DNA of 52,314 bases from a virus, in the UHGV virus genome UHGV-2012089. The stretch is one strand, 5' to 3'. Both the position numbers and the translations under genes were made by a program. Under the pieces are notes generated by a model. The model was not told where the DNA came from. It did no database searches and saw only the letters and a program-made list of their open reading frames with translations. Position 1 is the stretch's first letter, and the number at the start of each line of letters is the position of its first letter. Shown here one piece after another: positions 8,639-18,101 of the stretch.

Positions 8639-9553
8639 ATGAGTAAAACAGCACAAGGGTTAATTGATTTCGCAAAGAGTAAAGTTGGAACTCCGTATAT
8701 TTATGGAGCAAAAGGAGAAGTTATAACACTGGACAGAATCAGAGAGTTAAGAAGAACATACGGTTCTAACTGTGTTTGGTATAGTGACGATAACAAAGCC
8801 GGGCAAACATGTGTAGATTGTAGTGGATTAATTAGTTGGTATACTGGTAAAATGCGTGGCAGTTACCAATATAAAGAAACAGCAGTAGAAGTTATTCCAA
8901 TCTCACAAAGAACAAACAATAACATTGGTTGGGCAGTATGGATGAAAGGACATATAGGAATTTATCTCGGTGATGATAAATACATTGCAGCAGATGGTTC
9001 AGCTTATGGAGTAAGAATAGCTAATCTGTCACAGAACAGGTTCACGCACCTTTTAAAGCTTTGTGATATTGATTATGGTAATGGAGTAACAGTAACAGGA
9101 GTAACAACACCACAACCAAGTGGAGGACATTATAATGTACCAGTTAATTTTACATATGCAGTAAGAGTAGAGGGTGGAACAATATATCCATTTGTTCGAA
9201 ACCTACAAGATTTTGCTGGTGTACAAGGTAGAAAGATAACAGACATTGCAATTAAGTGTGATGTTGGTTCAGTAAGTTATAGAGTTCATGTTCTTGGTGG
9301 AAGATGGCTACCATATGTTTCCGGTTGTAATTGGAATGATAGTAACAATGGATATGCCGGAGTTGGTAAAGTCATTGATGCGATTGAAGTTATTTACCAT
9401 CCACCAGTAGGAAGTTGGCAGAAAGCACAGTACAGAGTATCGCCAGTTAAACGAGGATACTACTCGTGGCAGTATAATGATGAAACAACAGGCGGACAAG
9501 ATGGATATGCTGGTGCATATGGTGTTCCTATTGATAGATTCCAATTATTCTAA
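8639..9553 (+). CDS. endolysin, NlpC/P60 or CHAP-type peptidase with C-terminal putative cell wall-binding domain
   Basis: N-terminal YIYGAKGE, catalytic-like CVDCSGLISW and HIGIYLG; sits in the lysis cassette. Confidence 0.7.
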   Translation: MSKTAQGLIDFAKSKVGTPYIYGAKGEVITLDRIRELRRTYGSNCVWYSDDNKAGQTCVDCSGLISWYTGKMRGSYQYKETAVEVIPISQRTNNNIGWAVWMKGHIGIYLGDDKYIAADGSAYGVRIANLSQNRFTHLLKLCDIDYGNGVTVTGVTTPQPSGGHYNVPVNFTYAVRVEGGTIYPFVRNLQDFAGVQGRKITDIAIKCDVGSVSYRVHVLGGRWLPYVSGCNWNDSNNGYAGVGKVIDAIEVIYHPPVGSWQKAQYRVSPVKRGYYSWQYNDETTGGQDGYAGAYGVPIDRFQLF

Positions 9554-9577
9554 AACAAACCAAAACAAATATTTAAT

Positions 9578-9601
9578 GGGGTGGAGAAATCCACCCTTTT
9601 G
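9578..9601 (+). terminator. Rho-independent terminator
   Basis: gggtgg-agaaat-ccaccc hairpin followed by tttt. Confidence 0.6.
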
Positions 9602-9626
9602 TTATATATAAAACATAAAATAAATA

Positions 9627-9655
9627 TTGACTTATATATATTTATATATTATAAT
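9627..9655 (+). promoter_or_regulatory. sigma70-like promoter in a TATATA-rich UP-like tract, upstream of portal
   Basis: ttgact 9627-9632, 17 nt spacer, tataat 9650-9655. Confidence 0.45.
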
Positions 9656-9687
9656 ATATTATATAATAGAAAGGAGTATAGTATTAT

Positions 9688-11253
9688 ATGGCTAGTAATA
9701 AACAACATAGTGTTGAAGTAATACAAGCATTAAGAAATTTTCCTTATTTTGTTTTAAGAAATGAAATAGAAGAGGGATATAATTTATATACACATGAATT
9801 GTTACAGATACAACAAAATTATATTGATTATAAAAAAGGTGCTGAATTTATAACAGAGGGAACATCCGGGGATTATGTAGCATCAGATGTTAGATTTAAA
9901 ATTGCGAAAACATTGATTGATAAAGAAGCAAGATTTATGTTTAGTCAAACACCTGATTTTTTAATACAACAAAATTATGTTGACGAAGAAAACACAGAAC
10001 AAATACAGCAATATCAAACATTAGTAAACAAGGTTTTAAAGAACAGTAAATTTTCAAGAACATTGTTACAAAGTGCAAAAGATTGTTTTATCGGAAAGCG
10101 TGTAGCATGTTTGGTTGATTTTTCAGAACAGGATGGAATACAAGCACATTTTTATAACAGTTTGCAGTTTTATTATGAGACAGATTATGGTTCAGACAGA
10201 TTAACAAAGTTTATAAGTTTTGAAAGTGTGAACAGAACAAAAAAAACAAATCAAAAGAAGTATCTAGTAAACAGATATGAAGAAATAAATGGACAAATAC
10301 ATTTTAGTTCAACATTGTACAATGGAATCGGCAATGTAGAACAAAATGTTGTACCAGAACAAATAATAGAGTTGGAATATATCCCAGCAGTTGTTATTTT
10401 GAATGATGGAACACTGATTGATAAACAAGGAGTATCAGAAATTGAAGATTTAGCAATGTATGAAGCTGGATACAGTAGACTTGGAAATGCAGATATAGAC
10501 AGTGAAAGAAAAGGAATGAATCCTATTCGTTATACAGTAGATATGAATGCAGAAACAACAGCTAATCTAAGTAGTGGAGCTGGTGCATATTGGGATTTAC
10601 GTTCAGAACAAAACCAAAATGAAGTATATCCACAAGTCGGAACACTAGCACCGCAGATGAACCATACAGAGAGTGTTAAAACAACGCTAGACAGAATTAA
10701 AACAACAATGTATGGAGAACTTGATATACCAAACATTTCAGAAGAAACAATGGCGGGAACAATAACAAGCGGAAAAGCATTAAAAGCATTATATTATCCA
10801 TTACAAGTAAGATGTGATGAAAAGATGAAAGCGTGGATTCCAGCGTTAGAGTTTGTTGTTGAATGTATTTTGGATATTGCAATGTTAAACAAAGATGAAG
10901 TTGTTTCAAGATATGTTTTAACAGGATTGGATGAAATACAGTATAACATTAATATTTTAGAACATTATGCATTAATGGAAGATGAAGATGATGAAAAAGC
11001 ATCAGACCTTTCAGAGATTGCGGCAAATGCTAGAAGTAGAAAGTCATACATTAAGAAGTGGAGAAAGGACGAATTTAAAACAGATGCACAGATTGATGAT
11101 GAACTTATGCAAATAGCAATAGAGAACAATATGTTTGATAGTATGAGCATGAATACACAAGTACAAGGTGAGCTTGATGATATTGGAACACAGAACCAAG
11201 TAGAAAAGAATGTACAACAAATTGAAACACAAACAAAACTTGAAAACATGTAA
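9688..11253 (+). CDS. portal protein
   Basis: 521 aa, first gene of the head module after the promoter, acidic C-terminal part; matches portal family character. Confidence 0.65.
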   Translation: MASNKQHSVEVIQALRNFPYFVLRNEIEEGYNLYTHELLQIQQNYIDYKKGAEFITEGTSGDYVASDVRFKIAKTLIDKEARFMFSQTPDFLIQQNYVDEENTEQIQQYQTLVNKVLKNSKFSRTLLQSAKDCFIGKRVACLVDFSEQDGIQAHFYNSLQFYYETDYGSDRLTKFISFESVNRTKKTNQKKYLVNRYEEINGQIHFSSTLYNGIGNVEQNVVPEQIIELEYIPAVVILNDGTLIDKQGVSEIEDLAMYEAGYSRLGNADIDSERKGMNPIRYTVDMNAETTANLSSGAGAYWDLRSEQNQNEVYPQVGTLAPQMNHTESVKTTLDRIKTTMYGELDIPNISEETMAGTITSGKALKALYYPLQVRCDEKMKAWIPALEFVVECILDIAMLNKDEVVSRYVLTGLDEIQYNINILEHYALMEDEDDEKASDLSEIAANARSRKSYIKKWRKDEFKTDAQIDDELMQIAIENNMFDSMSMNTQVQGELDDIGTQNQVEKNVQQIETQTKLENM

Positions 11254-11274
11254 ACACAGTAAAGGGTGTAAGAA

Positions 11275-12270
11275 ATGGCACAAAAGTTCAGTTTAAAAAA
11301 TGCAGAACATGTAAGACAAACAACAACATTGCAGATGCAAAAAGATATAAAACAAATGTATGAGAATCTGTACAAAGATGTTACAAAACAAATAGCAAGC
11401 ATGAGAAATGGAAATATGCAAAAACAAAATCTTGTGTTATTAAAGCGTAGTATTACAAAAAGGATTGAACAACTAAATGAAGATATTAAGAATGGTGTTG
11501 TTCGAAATATGACAACAGTTTCAGAAGCGGTTGTGTATGATACAAGAACATTTCTTAAATATTGCGGGTTTAAAGATTCAGACATACATGAAGCATTTAG
11601 GTTTATTCCAGACCAAGTTGTTAGAAATATAATAACAGGGAATGTATATCAAGATGGTTGGACATTAAGTAAGGCAATATGGGGTTATAATAAACAAACA
11701 CAGGAAAGTATAAACAAAATAATCTCAATAGGAACAGCACAAGGAAAAAGCGCATATGAGATAGCATGTGATATTGAAAGTTATGTAGACCCAAAAGCAA
11801 GAAAGGCAAGTAAGGTAATCTATAGCACTAGAAAAGCAAGAATGACAGATGTAAACAGTGGTAGGGCGAACAAAGTCGGAGAAACAATAAATGATAAATT
11901 TAGGTTTGGACATGTTGATTATAATGCACAAAGGTTGGCAAGAACATTAGTGTCACACGCATACCAACAGAGTTTTGAAGCAGTAAACAAAAATGACCCT
12001 TTTGTTATTGGCTATAGATGGATAACAAGTAACTTTCATGGGAGAGTTTGTAGAATATGTGAGAACAGAGCTAAAGAAGATAAATATGGATTAGGACAGG
12101 GAGTGTATCCTAAAGGAGAACTCCCATTAGACCATCCTAATGGGATGTGTACTTTTGAAGCTGTGATTCCTGATAGTATGACAGACATAGCTAAGAAAAT
12201 CGGAATGTGGTATAATTCACCAGTAGGAACGTTCCCGGAGATTGATAGATATGCACTAGATTTTATGTAG
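11275..12270 (+). CDS. head morphogenesis / minor capsid protein (SPP1 gp7-like)
   Basis: position directly after portal; size 331 aa. Confidence 0.5.
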   Translation: MAQKFSLKNAEHVRQTTTLQMQKDIKQMYENLYKDVTKQIASMRNGNMQKQNLVLLKRSITKRIEQLNEDIKNGVVRNMTTVSEAVVYDTRTFLKYCGFKDSDIHEAFRFIPDQVVRNIITGNVYQDGWTLSKAIWGYNKQTQESINKIISIGTAQGKSAYEIACDIESYVDPKARKASKVIYSTRKARMTDVNSGRANKVGETINDKFRFGHVDYNAQRLARTLVSHAYQQSFEAVNKNDPFVIGYRWITSNFHGRVCRICENRAKEDKYGLGQGVYPKGELPLDHPNGMCTFEAVIPDSMTDIAKKIGMWYNSPVGTFPEIDRYALDFM

Positions 12271-12285
12271 AACAGGAGAGAGAAC

Positions 12286-12699
12286 ATGGAAGTAAAAAGA
12301 GTATGTAACAAATGTGGAGAAGTAAATAGTTTGGATTCAAAGTCATTACTGAAAAAAGATGTATATGACGAAGATAAAAAACATCATATTATTTTGTATT
12401 TTGAGTGTGTAAGGTGTAAGGAAGTCGAAGTCGTTCAGATAGATGATAATGAGTCCATACAGACGTTTAAAGAGATTAAGGCACTATTTATCAAGGCAAT
12501 GAGAAAACGCCTTAAAAAGGAAACTGTGAGTCCTAGAGAGGTAAAGAAAAAGGACAGACTTACAAAGAAACTTAACGAAAAAAGAAAGTTGCTCAATGAT
12601 GTTTCAAAAGGAAAAACTTTTTATGATGAAAATGGAAAAATATTTATAAAAGAGTTGACAATGTATATGGGTGGTGATATAATTGAAAGTGACATGTGA
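12286..12699 (+). CDS. zinc-ribbon protein (CxxC...CxxC), basic C-terminus
   Basis: CNKCGE...CVRCKE. Confidence 0.45.
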   Translation: MEVKRVCNKCGEVNSLDSKSLLKKDVYDEDKKHHIILYFECVRCKEVEVVQIDDNESIQTFKEIKALFIKAMRKRLKKETVSPREVKKKDRLTKKLNEKRKLLNDVSKGKTFYDENGKIFIKELTMYMGGDIIESDM

Positions 12700-12994
12700 T
12701 AAGTGTCAAATATCCTTTTATCCAATGATAAAGGAAGAAAACAAACAAGTTGGAAAACAAAACATAACAAGGACTTTTCTAGTATGTCCGAATTGTGGAA
12801 AACAATATGATTCTTATTATGATAATCAGAAAACATTGATTTTGAAAAAACAAATAAGAAAAGCAACAGCAAACATGAACAGTGAAACAAATGAAACAGA
12901 AAAGGCGAGATTTTTAAAAGGTATTGAGAAAAAGAAAAGACAGTTACAAAAAGAAGAGAGAATTTTACAAACATTATATAATAAAGGAGAGTAA
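12683..12994 (+). CDS. zinc-ribbon protein (CDKC...CPNC)
   Basis: TTG or GTG start; CxxC x2. Confidence 0.4.
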   Translation: MKVTCDKCQISFYPMIKEENKQVGKQNITRTFLVCPNCGKQYDSYYDNQKTLILKKQIRKATANMNSETNETEKARFLKGIEKKKRQLQKEERILQTLYNKGE

Positions 12995-12999
12995 AACAA

Positions 13000-13641
13000 A
13001 TGTCAGAAAATATTGATAACAATGCACAGGGAACAGGCGGAGACGATAACACACAGAACAATGACACAAATCAGCAGACAAGTACACAGAAGAATAATAA
13101 TGTTGATGTTGAAAAAGTAAAAGGTGATGCTGTAGCAGAATATCTTAAATCTTTAGGAGTTGAAGATTCAGAGTCTTTACAGGCAATCGTAAAGAAAGCT
13201 AAAGAAGATGAAGAAGCAAACAAAACTGATTTACAGAAAAAGGATGATGCACTAACAGCAACGACAAAAGAACTTGTTACAGAGCGTGAAGCTAGAGTAA
13301 TTGCAGAAGCTAAATTATCAGCTATTCAGTTAGGAGCAAAACCAGAGCTTGTGGATGATTTAGTTATTGTTGCAAAAGCAAAAGTGACAAAAGAAAAAGA
13401 CATTAATGCAGTAATTGCAGAAATGAAAGACAGTACAAATGGAAAGATTTATTTTGTAACTGATGAAGATGAAACAAACAAAAAGGGAACAGTAACACGT
13501 TCAAGAGTGAAGAAAACAACAGAGCAAAATAAACAGGGTACAAACGGAGATTCAAACAATGGAGATTCAAAGTATGCCGGAACAATGGCTGAAAGATTAC
13601 TTGCTGGAAGAAAAGCAGTAAAGAGCCACTATTTTAAATAA
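13000..13641 (+). CDS. scaffolding protein
   Basis: 213 aa, acidic, helical and coiled-coil-prone, directly upstream of the capsid genes. Confidence 0.55.
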   Translation: MSENIDNNAQGTGGDDNTQNNDTNQQTSTQKNNNVDVEKVKGDAVAEYLKSLGVEDSESLQAIVKKAKEDEEANKTDLQKKDDALTATTKELVTEREARVIAEAKLSAIQLGAKPELVDDLVIVAKAKVTKEKDINAVIAEMKDSTNGKIYFVTDEDETNKKGTVTRSRVKKTTEQNKQGTNGDSNNGDSKYAGTMAERLLAGRKAVKSHYFK

Positions 13642-13656
13642 AGGAGGGTAAAACAA

Positions 13657-14052
13657 ATGTTAAATCAAACAGGAGTTAGAAAAGAAACATATGGTAATAC
13701 AAATCAAATTCTTTTTGCAGTAGAACACCAAGTTTCTATGGGTGTGGTAGTAAGTAAGGCACTCGGAGTTGCAGAGGGAACAAAGAAAGTTGTTAAAGCG
13801 GGAACACCACTTACAGGAAATCTTGATGCAAGAACAACAGCATTCACAGCGGCAACAGCTGGTAGTTCTACAGAAGCATCCAATGCAGTAGGAGTTCTGC
13901 TACATGATGTAGATGTTACAACAGGTGATGCAAATGGAACATTGCTTTTGTTCGGATTTGTAAACACAAACAGAATTGATGCAACAACAAAAGCAAAACT
14001 TACAGATATTGTAAAAGCGGCAATGCCAATGATTAAATTCGTTGCTTGCTAA
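13657..14052 (+). CDS. head decoration-like protein (lambda D-like position)
   Basis: 131 aa Gly/Ala/Thr-rich protein immediately before the E-like major capsid protein. Confidence 0.45.
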   Translation: MLNQTGVRKETYGNTNQILFAVEHQVSMGVVVSKALGVAEGTKKVVKAGTPLTGNLDARTTAFTAATAGSSTEASNAVGVLLHDVDVTTGDANGTLLLFGFVNTNRIDATTKAKLTDIVKAAMPMIKFVAC

Positions 14053-14077
14053 TTAAGAAATAGGAGGAAAACAAAAC

Positions 14078-15112
14078 ATGACAATTTATGACCTTATTAT
14101 TAGTTCTGAAATTACATCATATTGGGAATTGTTACAACAGGATAGAGATCCATACCTAGGAGAAGAGCTGTTTCCGAACGATAAGAAACTCGGACTCACG
14201 CTTAAATGGTTGAAAGGTTCTAATGGACTTCCAGTAGTTTTGAAAGCATCAGCGTTTGATGTACAGGCTATTCCAAGACCGAGAATTGGATTTGAGAAGT
14301 TAAGCGCAGATATGCCATTCTTTAAAGAGTCTAAGTATATTGATGAAGAATTAAGACAAGAACTTAACAAAATCATTGAGAGTGGAAACCAAGCATACAT
14401 TGATGCAATCGTAAACAGAATCTTTGCAGACGAGGTTGAACTTCTTGAGGGTGCTTCCGCACAGAGAGAGCGCATGAGAATGATGATGCTCACAACAGGA
14501 ACAATTTCTATGAAAGGAAATGGACAGGTTTATGAGTATGATTATGGTGTAGATGAAAGCCATAAAGTAACAGTAACAAAGAGTTGGAGTGACCCATCAG
14601 CAACAATTCTTGATGATATCAGAACAGGTATTACAAAAATCGTTGATGATACTGGTGTGACAGTTGAAAGAGCAATATGCTCTTCAAAGGTGTTCGGATA
14701 TATCAGAGCAAATACAGAAATTAAGAAATCTATCTATGTTATGACAGATGGTGTTGGTTTTGTATCAGATGCAAAAGTTAAACAGTTCATTAAAGATGAG
14801 CTCGGAATTGATATTGTAGTATATGACAAACGATACAAAGATGAAGAGGGAGCAGTTCAGAGATATGTTCCAGAAGATGTTTTTGTTATGTTCCCAACAG
14901 GAAAACTCGGAAACACATGGTTTGGTACAACACCGGAAGAATCAGACCTTATGTCAAGTAATGTTGCAAATGTTTCAATTACAGATACAGGAGTTGCAGT
15001 TACAACTATGACAAAGGCAGACCCAGTAAATGTAGAAACAAAAGTTACAATGATTTGTCTGCCAGACTTCCCAACAGCAGACCAAGTATATATTCTTGAT
15101 GTAGTAGCGTAA
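14078..15112 (+). CDS. major capsid protein (lambda gpE-like family)
   Basis: 344 aa, follows scaffold and decoration genes, strong RBS ataggagg. Confidence 0.6.
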   Translation: MTIYDLIISSEITSYWELLQQDRDPYLGEELFPNDKKLGLTLKWLKGSNGLPVVLKASAFDVQAIPRPRIGFEKLSADMPFFKESKYIDEELRQELNKIIESGNQAYIDAIVNRIFADEVELLEGASAQRERMRMMMLTTGTISMKGNGQVYEYDYGVDESHKVTVTKSWSDPSATILDDIRTGITKIVDDTGVTVERAICSSKVFGYIRANTEIKKSIYVMTDGVGFVSDAKVKQFIKDELGIDIVVYDKRYKDEEGAVQRYVPEDVFVMFPTGKLGNTWFGTTPEESDLMSSNVANVSITDTGVAVTTMTKADPVNVETKVTMICLPDFPTADQVYILDVVA

Positions 15113-15125
15113 GGGAGGAATAAAC

Positions 15126-15428
15126 ATGGCAATGGTTAATATTATGAAAGGTGAGCATACCGTTAAGGTAAGCCGCCAATCATATGAAACAATGTTCAAG
15201 AAGAATGGTTATGTTATTGTTGATGAAACAGAACAGAATATTGATGATATTGTAGAAGATGAACAGATTGAAGAAGATGATTCAGTTGATACAATTCCGA
15301 TTTCTGAAATGAACAAAGAACAGCTTATGGAGTATGCAGAGAAACATAACATTGATACTTCAAAAGCTAAAAATGTAAGAGAAGCAAGACAGATTATTCA
15401 GAAAGCAATCCAGCAGAGTAAAATGTAA
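15126..15428 (+). CDS. acidic small protein with C-terminal Rho_N/SAP-like HeH motif
   Basis: MNKEQLMEYAEKHNIDTSKAKNVREARQIIQ motif preceded by an acidic D/E stretch. Confidence 0.45.
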   Translation: MAMVNIMKGEHTVKVSRQSYETMFKKNGYVIVDETEQNIDDIVEDEQIEEDDSVDTIPISEMNKEQLMEYAEKHNIDTSKAKNVREARQIIQKAIQQSKM

Positions 15429-15449
15429 ACAAATGTGGGAGGTGAGTAG

Positions 15450-15698
15450 ATGGATAATTTAGAACAGTTAAAATTCAACTTGAGAGAAAAACAAGCACCA
15501 TATTTTGAAGTGGATGAATTGCAATATCTATTAGAAAAAAATAACGGTGATGTTAGAAAAGCAAGCTATGATGGTTTAATAATCAAAGCAGAGGTAACAG
15601 GGTTGGATGTGAGTGGTTTAACCACAAAAGACAGTTCTAGTTATTTCAAGATGCTTGCATCCCACTTTGTTTCTGTAAACAGTGGGGTGCTAAGATGA
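15450..15698 (+). CDS. head-tail connector (gp6-like) protein
   Basis: size and position after the capsid gene. Confidence 0.4.
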   Translation: MDNLEQLKFNLREKQAPYFEVDELQYLLEKNNGDVRKASYDGLIIKAEVTGLDVSGLTTKDSSSYFKMLASHFVSVNSGVLR

Positions 15699-16075
15699 AT
15701 GAGAAAATGTTACAGATAGAACTAAACAAAGTAAAACGTGAGATAAAAACACATGGCAGAAGCTATGAAGTTAAAAGAACAGTACTAAACAGCTATGGAG
15801 AAGATACAGATGAACAGCAGAGCATAACAAAAGTACAAGGATTGTTTCATACAGAAAAGGGATATATAACAAAAAGTATTTCAGATGGTTCTAAAACGCA
15901 TTCAAAAGGACAGCCGAAATTAATGGTCGCATATGATGATTCTGTTTTAATAAAAAATGGAGATATGATACAAATAAATGAAAACACTTATAAGATTATT
16001 GAGAAAAATAATATACAAGAGTTTAACATTATTTGTGATATATCAATGGAGTTGGTGTTGAATGGGAACAATTAG
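15695..16075 (+). CDS. head-tail adaptor / head closure protein
   Basis: position; overlapping coupled start. Confidence 0.4.
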   Translation: MNEKMLQIELNKVKREIKTHGRSYEVKRTVLNSYGEDTDEQQSITKVQGLFHTEKGYITKSISDGSKTHSKGQPKLMVAYDDSVLIKNGDMIQINENTYKIIEKNNIQEFNIICDISMELVLNGNN

Positions 16076-16418
16076 AATTGATGCGAAACAGTTACTTGAT
16101 AATTTAGAAAGAGCTGAAACAAAATCGCAAGTTGCAATTAAAATGTTTGCGACAAGCGGTGCAAAAAAGTTTCAGAACTATGCTAAGAGGAACAGACCAT
16201 GGACAGATAGAACAGGACATGCAAGGCAAAGGCTAACAGGATGGGTTGAACAAATTGGAAAAATGAGAACGAGAATATATATAGGTCATGGAGTTGATTA
16301 TGGTGTATATTTAGAGCTATGCAATGAAAGAAGATTTGCGATTCTACAGCCAACCGTTAATGCGTGTTCTAAGGAAGTTTTAGATGGGTATAAGGATTTA
16401 TTGAGGTATATTAAATGA
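16062..16418 (+). CDS. HK97 gp10-like tail component
   Basis: RNRPWTDRTGHARQRL motif typical of the gp10 family. Confidence 0.45.
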   Translation: MGTIRIDAKQLLDNLERAETKSQVAIKMFATSGAKKFQNYAKRNRPWTDRTGHARQRLTGWVEQIGKMRTRIYIGHGVDYGVYLELCNERRFAILQPTVNACSKEVLDGYKDLLRYIK

Positions 16419-16774
16419 AAAGCATTATAGAACAGATTAGGGATGCTATAGCGGTAGATGGAACAGAAGTTTATTATCCATCACAACACGAAGGTGAATG
16501 TTTGAAAGAGTATGTTGTTGTAAAGTCAGAAGGAACATATGAACAACAGTCAGTTTCAAGTGAAAGACCGCTATATACAATTATGTTATATGTTCCAGTG
16601 AACAGATATGGAAGAATTGAAAGTTTCATGTTTGAAACAAAACAAAAAATGAAACAAATATTTCCACTTGTTATGTATGTTGGAAATGAAACAGCAAGTT
16701 TTTATGATGAAGATAAAAATGCACAAATGGTATCATTTCAATACCAAGGTTGTAGAAAAATAGAAAATCGTTAG
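16415..16774 (+). CDS. tail completion protein
   Basis: position before the major tail gene. Confidence 0.35.
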   Translation: MKSIIEQIRDAIAVDGTEVYYPSQHEGECLKEYVVVKSEGTYEQQSVSSERPLYTIMLYVPVNRYGRIESFMFETKQKMKQIFPLVMYVGNETASFYDEDKNAQMVSFQYQGCRKIENR

Positions 16775-16785
16775 GAGGTTAAGTA

Positions 16786-17421
16786 ATGGCTAAAACACAG
16801 AAAAAAGCAGTTGGAATCCCAACCATTGACGTTTCGCTTGTAGTTGTAAGAACAGGAGTTGTTGATGGTGATGATACAAATGCAACAGAGATTGCGGTAG
16901 ACACAGCGAACAAGGTGGGAGTAGAACCGCAGACAGAAACAACGGATGCAATTAAACTTGTAAAAGATGGAAGATTAATTGCACAGAAACCAGCAAAGAC
17001 AACAATCACTGGGCATCAGATTACATTAACAGACAATGTATTCATTCCGGAACTTGTTAAGATTCTGCAAGGCGGAACAGTAGAGGGAAGCGGAGATTCA
17101 TTAACATATACACCGCCAGTTGCAGGAAGTACAGATAAAGGACAAGTATTTGAGCTCGATTGTTATTCAGCACAGTATGATGCAAGTGGTCAGATTGTTA
17201 GATATGAGAAAATCACATATCCTAATTGTCAAGGAACACCAGTTGCAATGAGTTCTGAGGATAATGTATTTAGAGTTCCAGAGTACACAATTAATTCAGC
17301 ACCAAAAGAGGGAGAAGCGCCTTATAAGATTTCTTATACAAAAACACTCCCACAGTTTACAGATGTGTCTGCATTGTCAGATGATTTTGAAACAGAAGAA
17401 ACAGGTTTGGCAGTAAATTAA
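16786..17421 (+). CDS. major tail protein
   Basis: 211 aa, strong RBS aggagg, precedes the chaperone and tape measure genes. Confidence 0.55.
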   Translation: MAKTQKKAVGIPTIDVSLVVVRTGVVDGDDTNATEIAVDTANKVGVEPQTETTDAIKLVKDGRLIAQKPAKTTITGHQITLTDNVFIPELVKILQGGTVEGSGDSLTYTPPVAGSTDKGQVFELDCYSAQYDASGQIVRYEKITYPNCQGTPVAMSSEDNVFRVPEYTINSAPKEGEAPYKISYTKTLPQFTDVSALSDDFETEETGLAVN

Positions 17422-17445
17422 AACAAAGAATAGGAGAGAAAGAGC

Positions 17446-17853
17446 ATGGCAAGAACAGCAAAAACAGAGCAGGTAACAAGTTTGGAGCAGTTAAAGCAAT
17501 ATGCAGATGGTAATATCGTAAGATTGCCGGATTTTGCAGAGGGTCAGCCTTTTGTTGCAAAACTTAAAAGACCATCTATTTTAGGAATGGCAAAACAAGG
17601 AAAGATTCCAAATTCATTACTTGTTAAAACAAATGAGTTATTCGTACAGAGCGGAAGTCTTGATGTAGAAGAAAACAGTATGATGCAGGAAATCTATGAC
17701 GTAATTGATTTGATTGCAAGTGAAACTTTCGTAGAGCCAACATATGATGAAATCAAAAGTACAGGGATTGAGCTTACAGATGAACAGATGATGTTTATTT
17801 TCAATTACTCACAACAGGGGGTAAAAGCTTTAGAATCCTTTCGTACAGAGTAA
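17446..17853 (+). CDS. tail assembly chaperone (G-like)
   Basis: 135 aa acidic protein between major tail and tape measure. Confidence 0.55.
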   Translation: MARTAKTEQVTSLEQLKQYADGNIVRLPDFAEGQPFVAKLKRPSILGMAKQGKIPNSLLVKTNELFVQSGSLDVEENSMMQEIYDVIDLIASETFVEPTYDEIKSTGIELTDEQMMFIFNYSQQGVKALESFRTE

Positions 17854-18076
17854 AAAGGTAGAAAGCGTATTAGCAATATCAAGGCAGTATAAATGTTTAC
17901 CTAGTGAAGTGCTAGGGATAGAGGACAGTTATACTGCCTTTTGCTTTAATGAAGCGTGTTGTGAATTAACATTGAGATTAACAGAGGGAGAAAAACCTCA
18001 TTACATAGAACAGAACAAAAAAGCGGAAACAAAACACTATAACAATTTTAAAGATTTTTATAAACAGTACGAATAG
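17446..18076 (+). CDS. putative frameshifted tail chaperone fusion (GT-like), +1 frame extension
   Basis: the +1 frame has no stop from 17836 to TAG 18074 (about 80 codons) and no ATG; candidate shift site tcc-ttt-cgt at about 17837-17845. Confidence 0.4.
17881..17940 (+). other. 12-bp stem-loop inside the chaperone extension
   Basis: aaggcagtataa ... ttatactgcctt perfect inverted repeat. Confidence 0.5.
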
Positions 18077-18101
18077 AAGTATTGTTTGAAAGGAGAAACA
18101 A

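Noticed and set aside
10965-11585. 206-aa minus-strand ORF, and other minus-strand ORFs (e.g. 19058-19945, 18179-18673, 50204-50794)
   Set aside because: All overlap well-supported + strand genes (portal, tape measure, ParB-like). Their products are low-complexity Cys/Phe/Leu-rich and have no RBS. They are typical antisense artefacts of AT-rich coding DNA.
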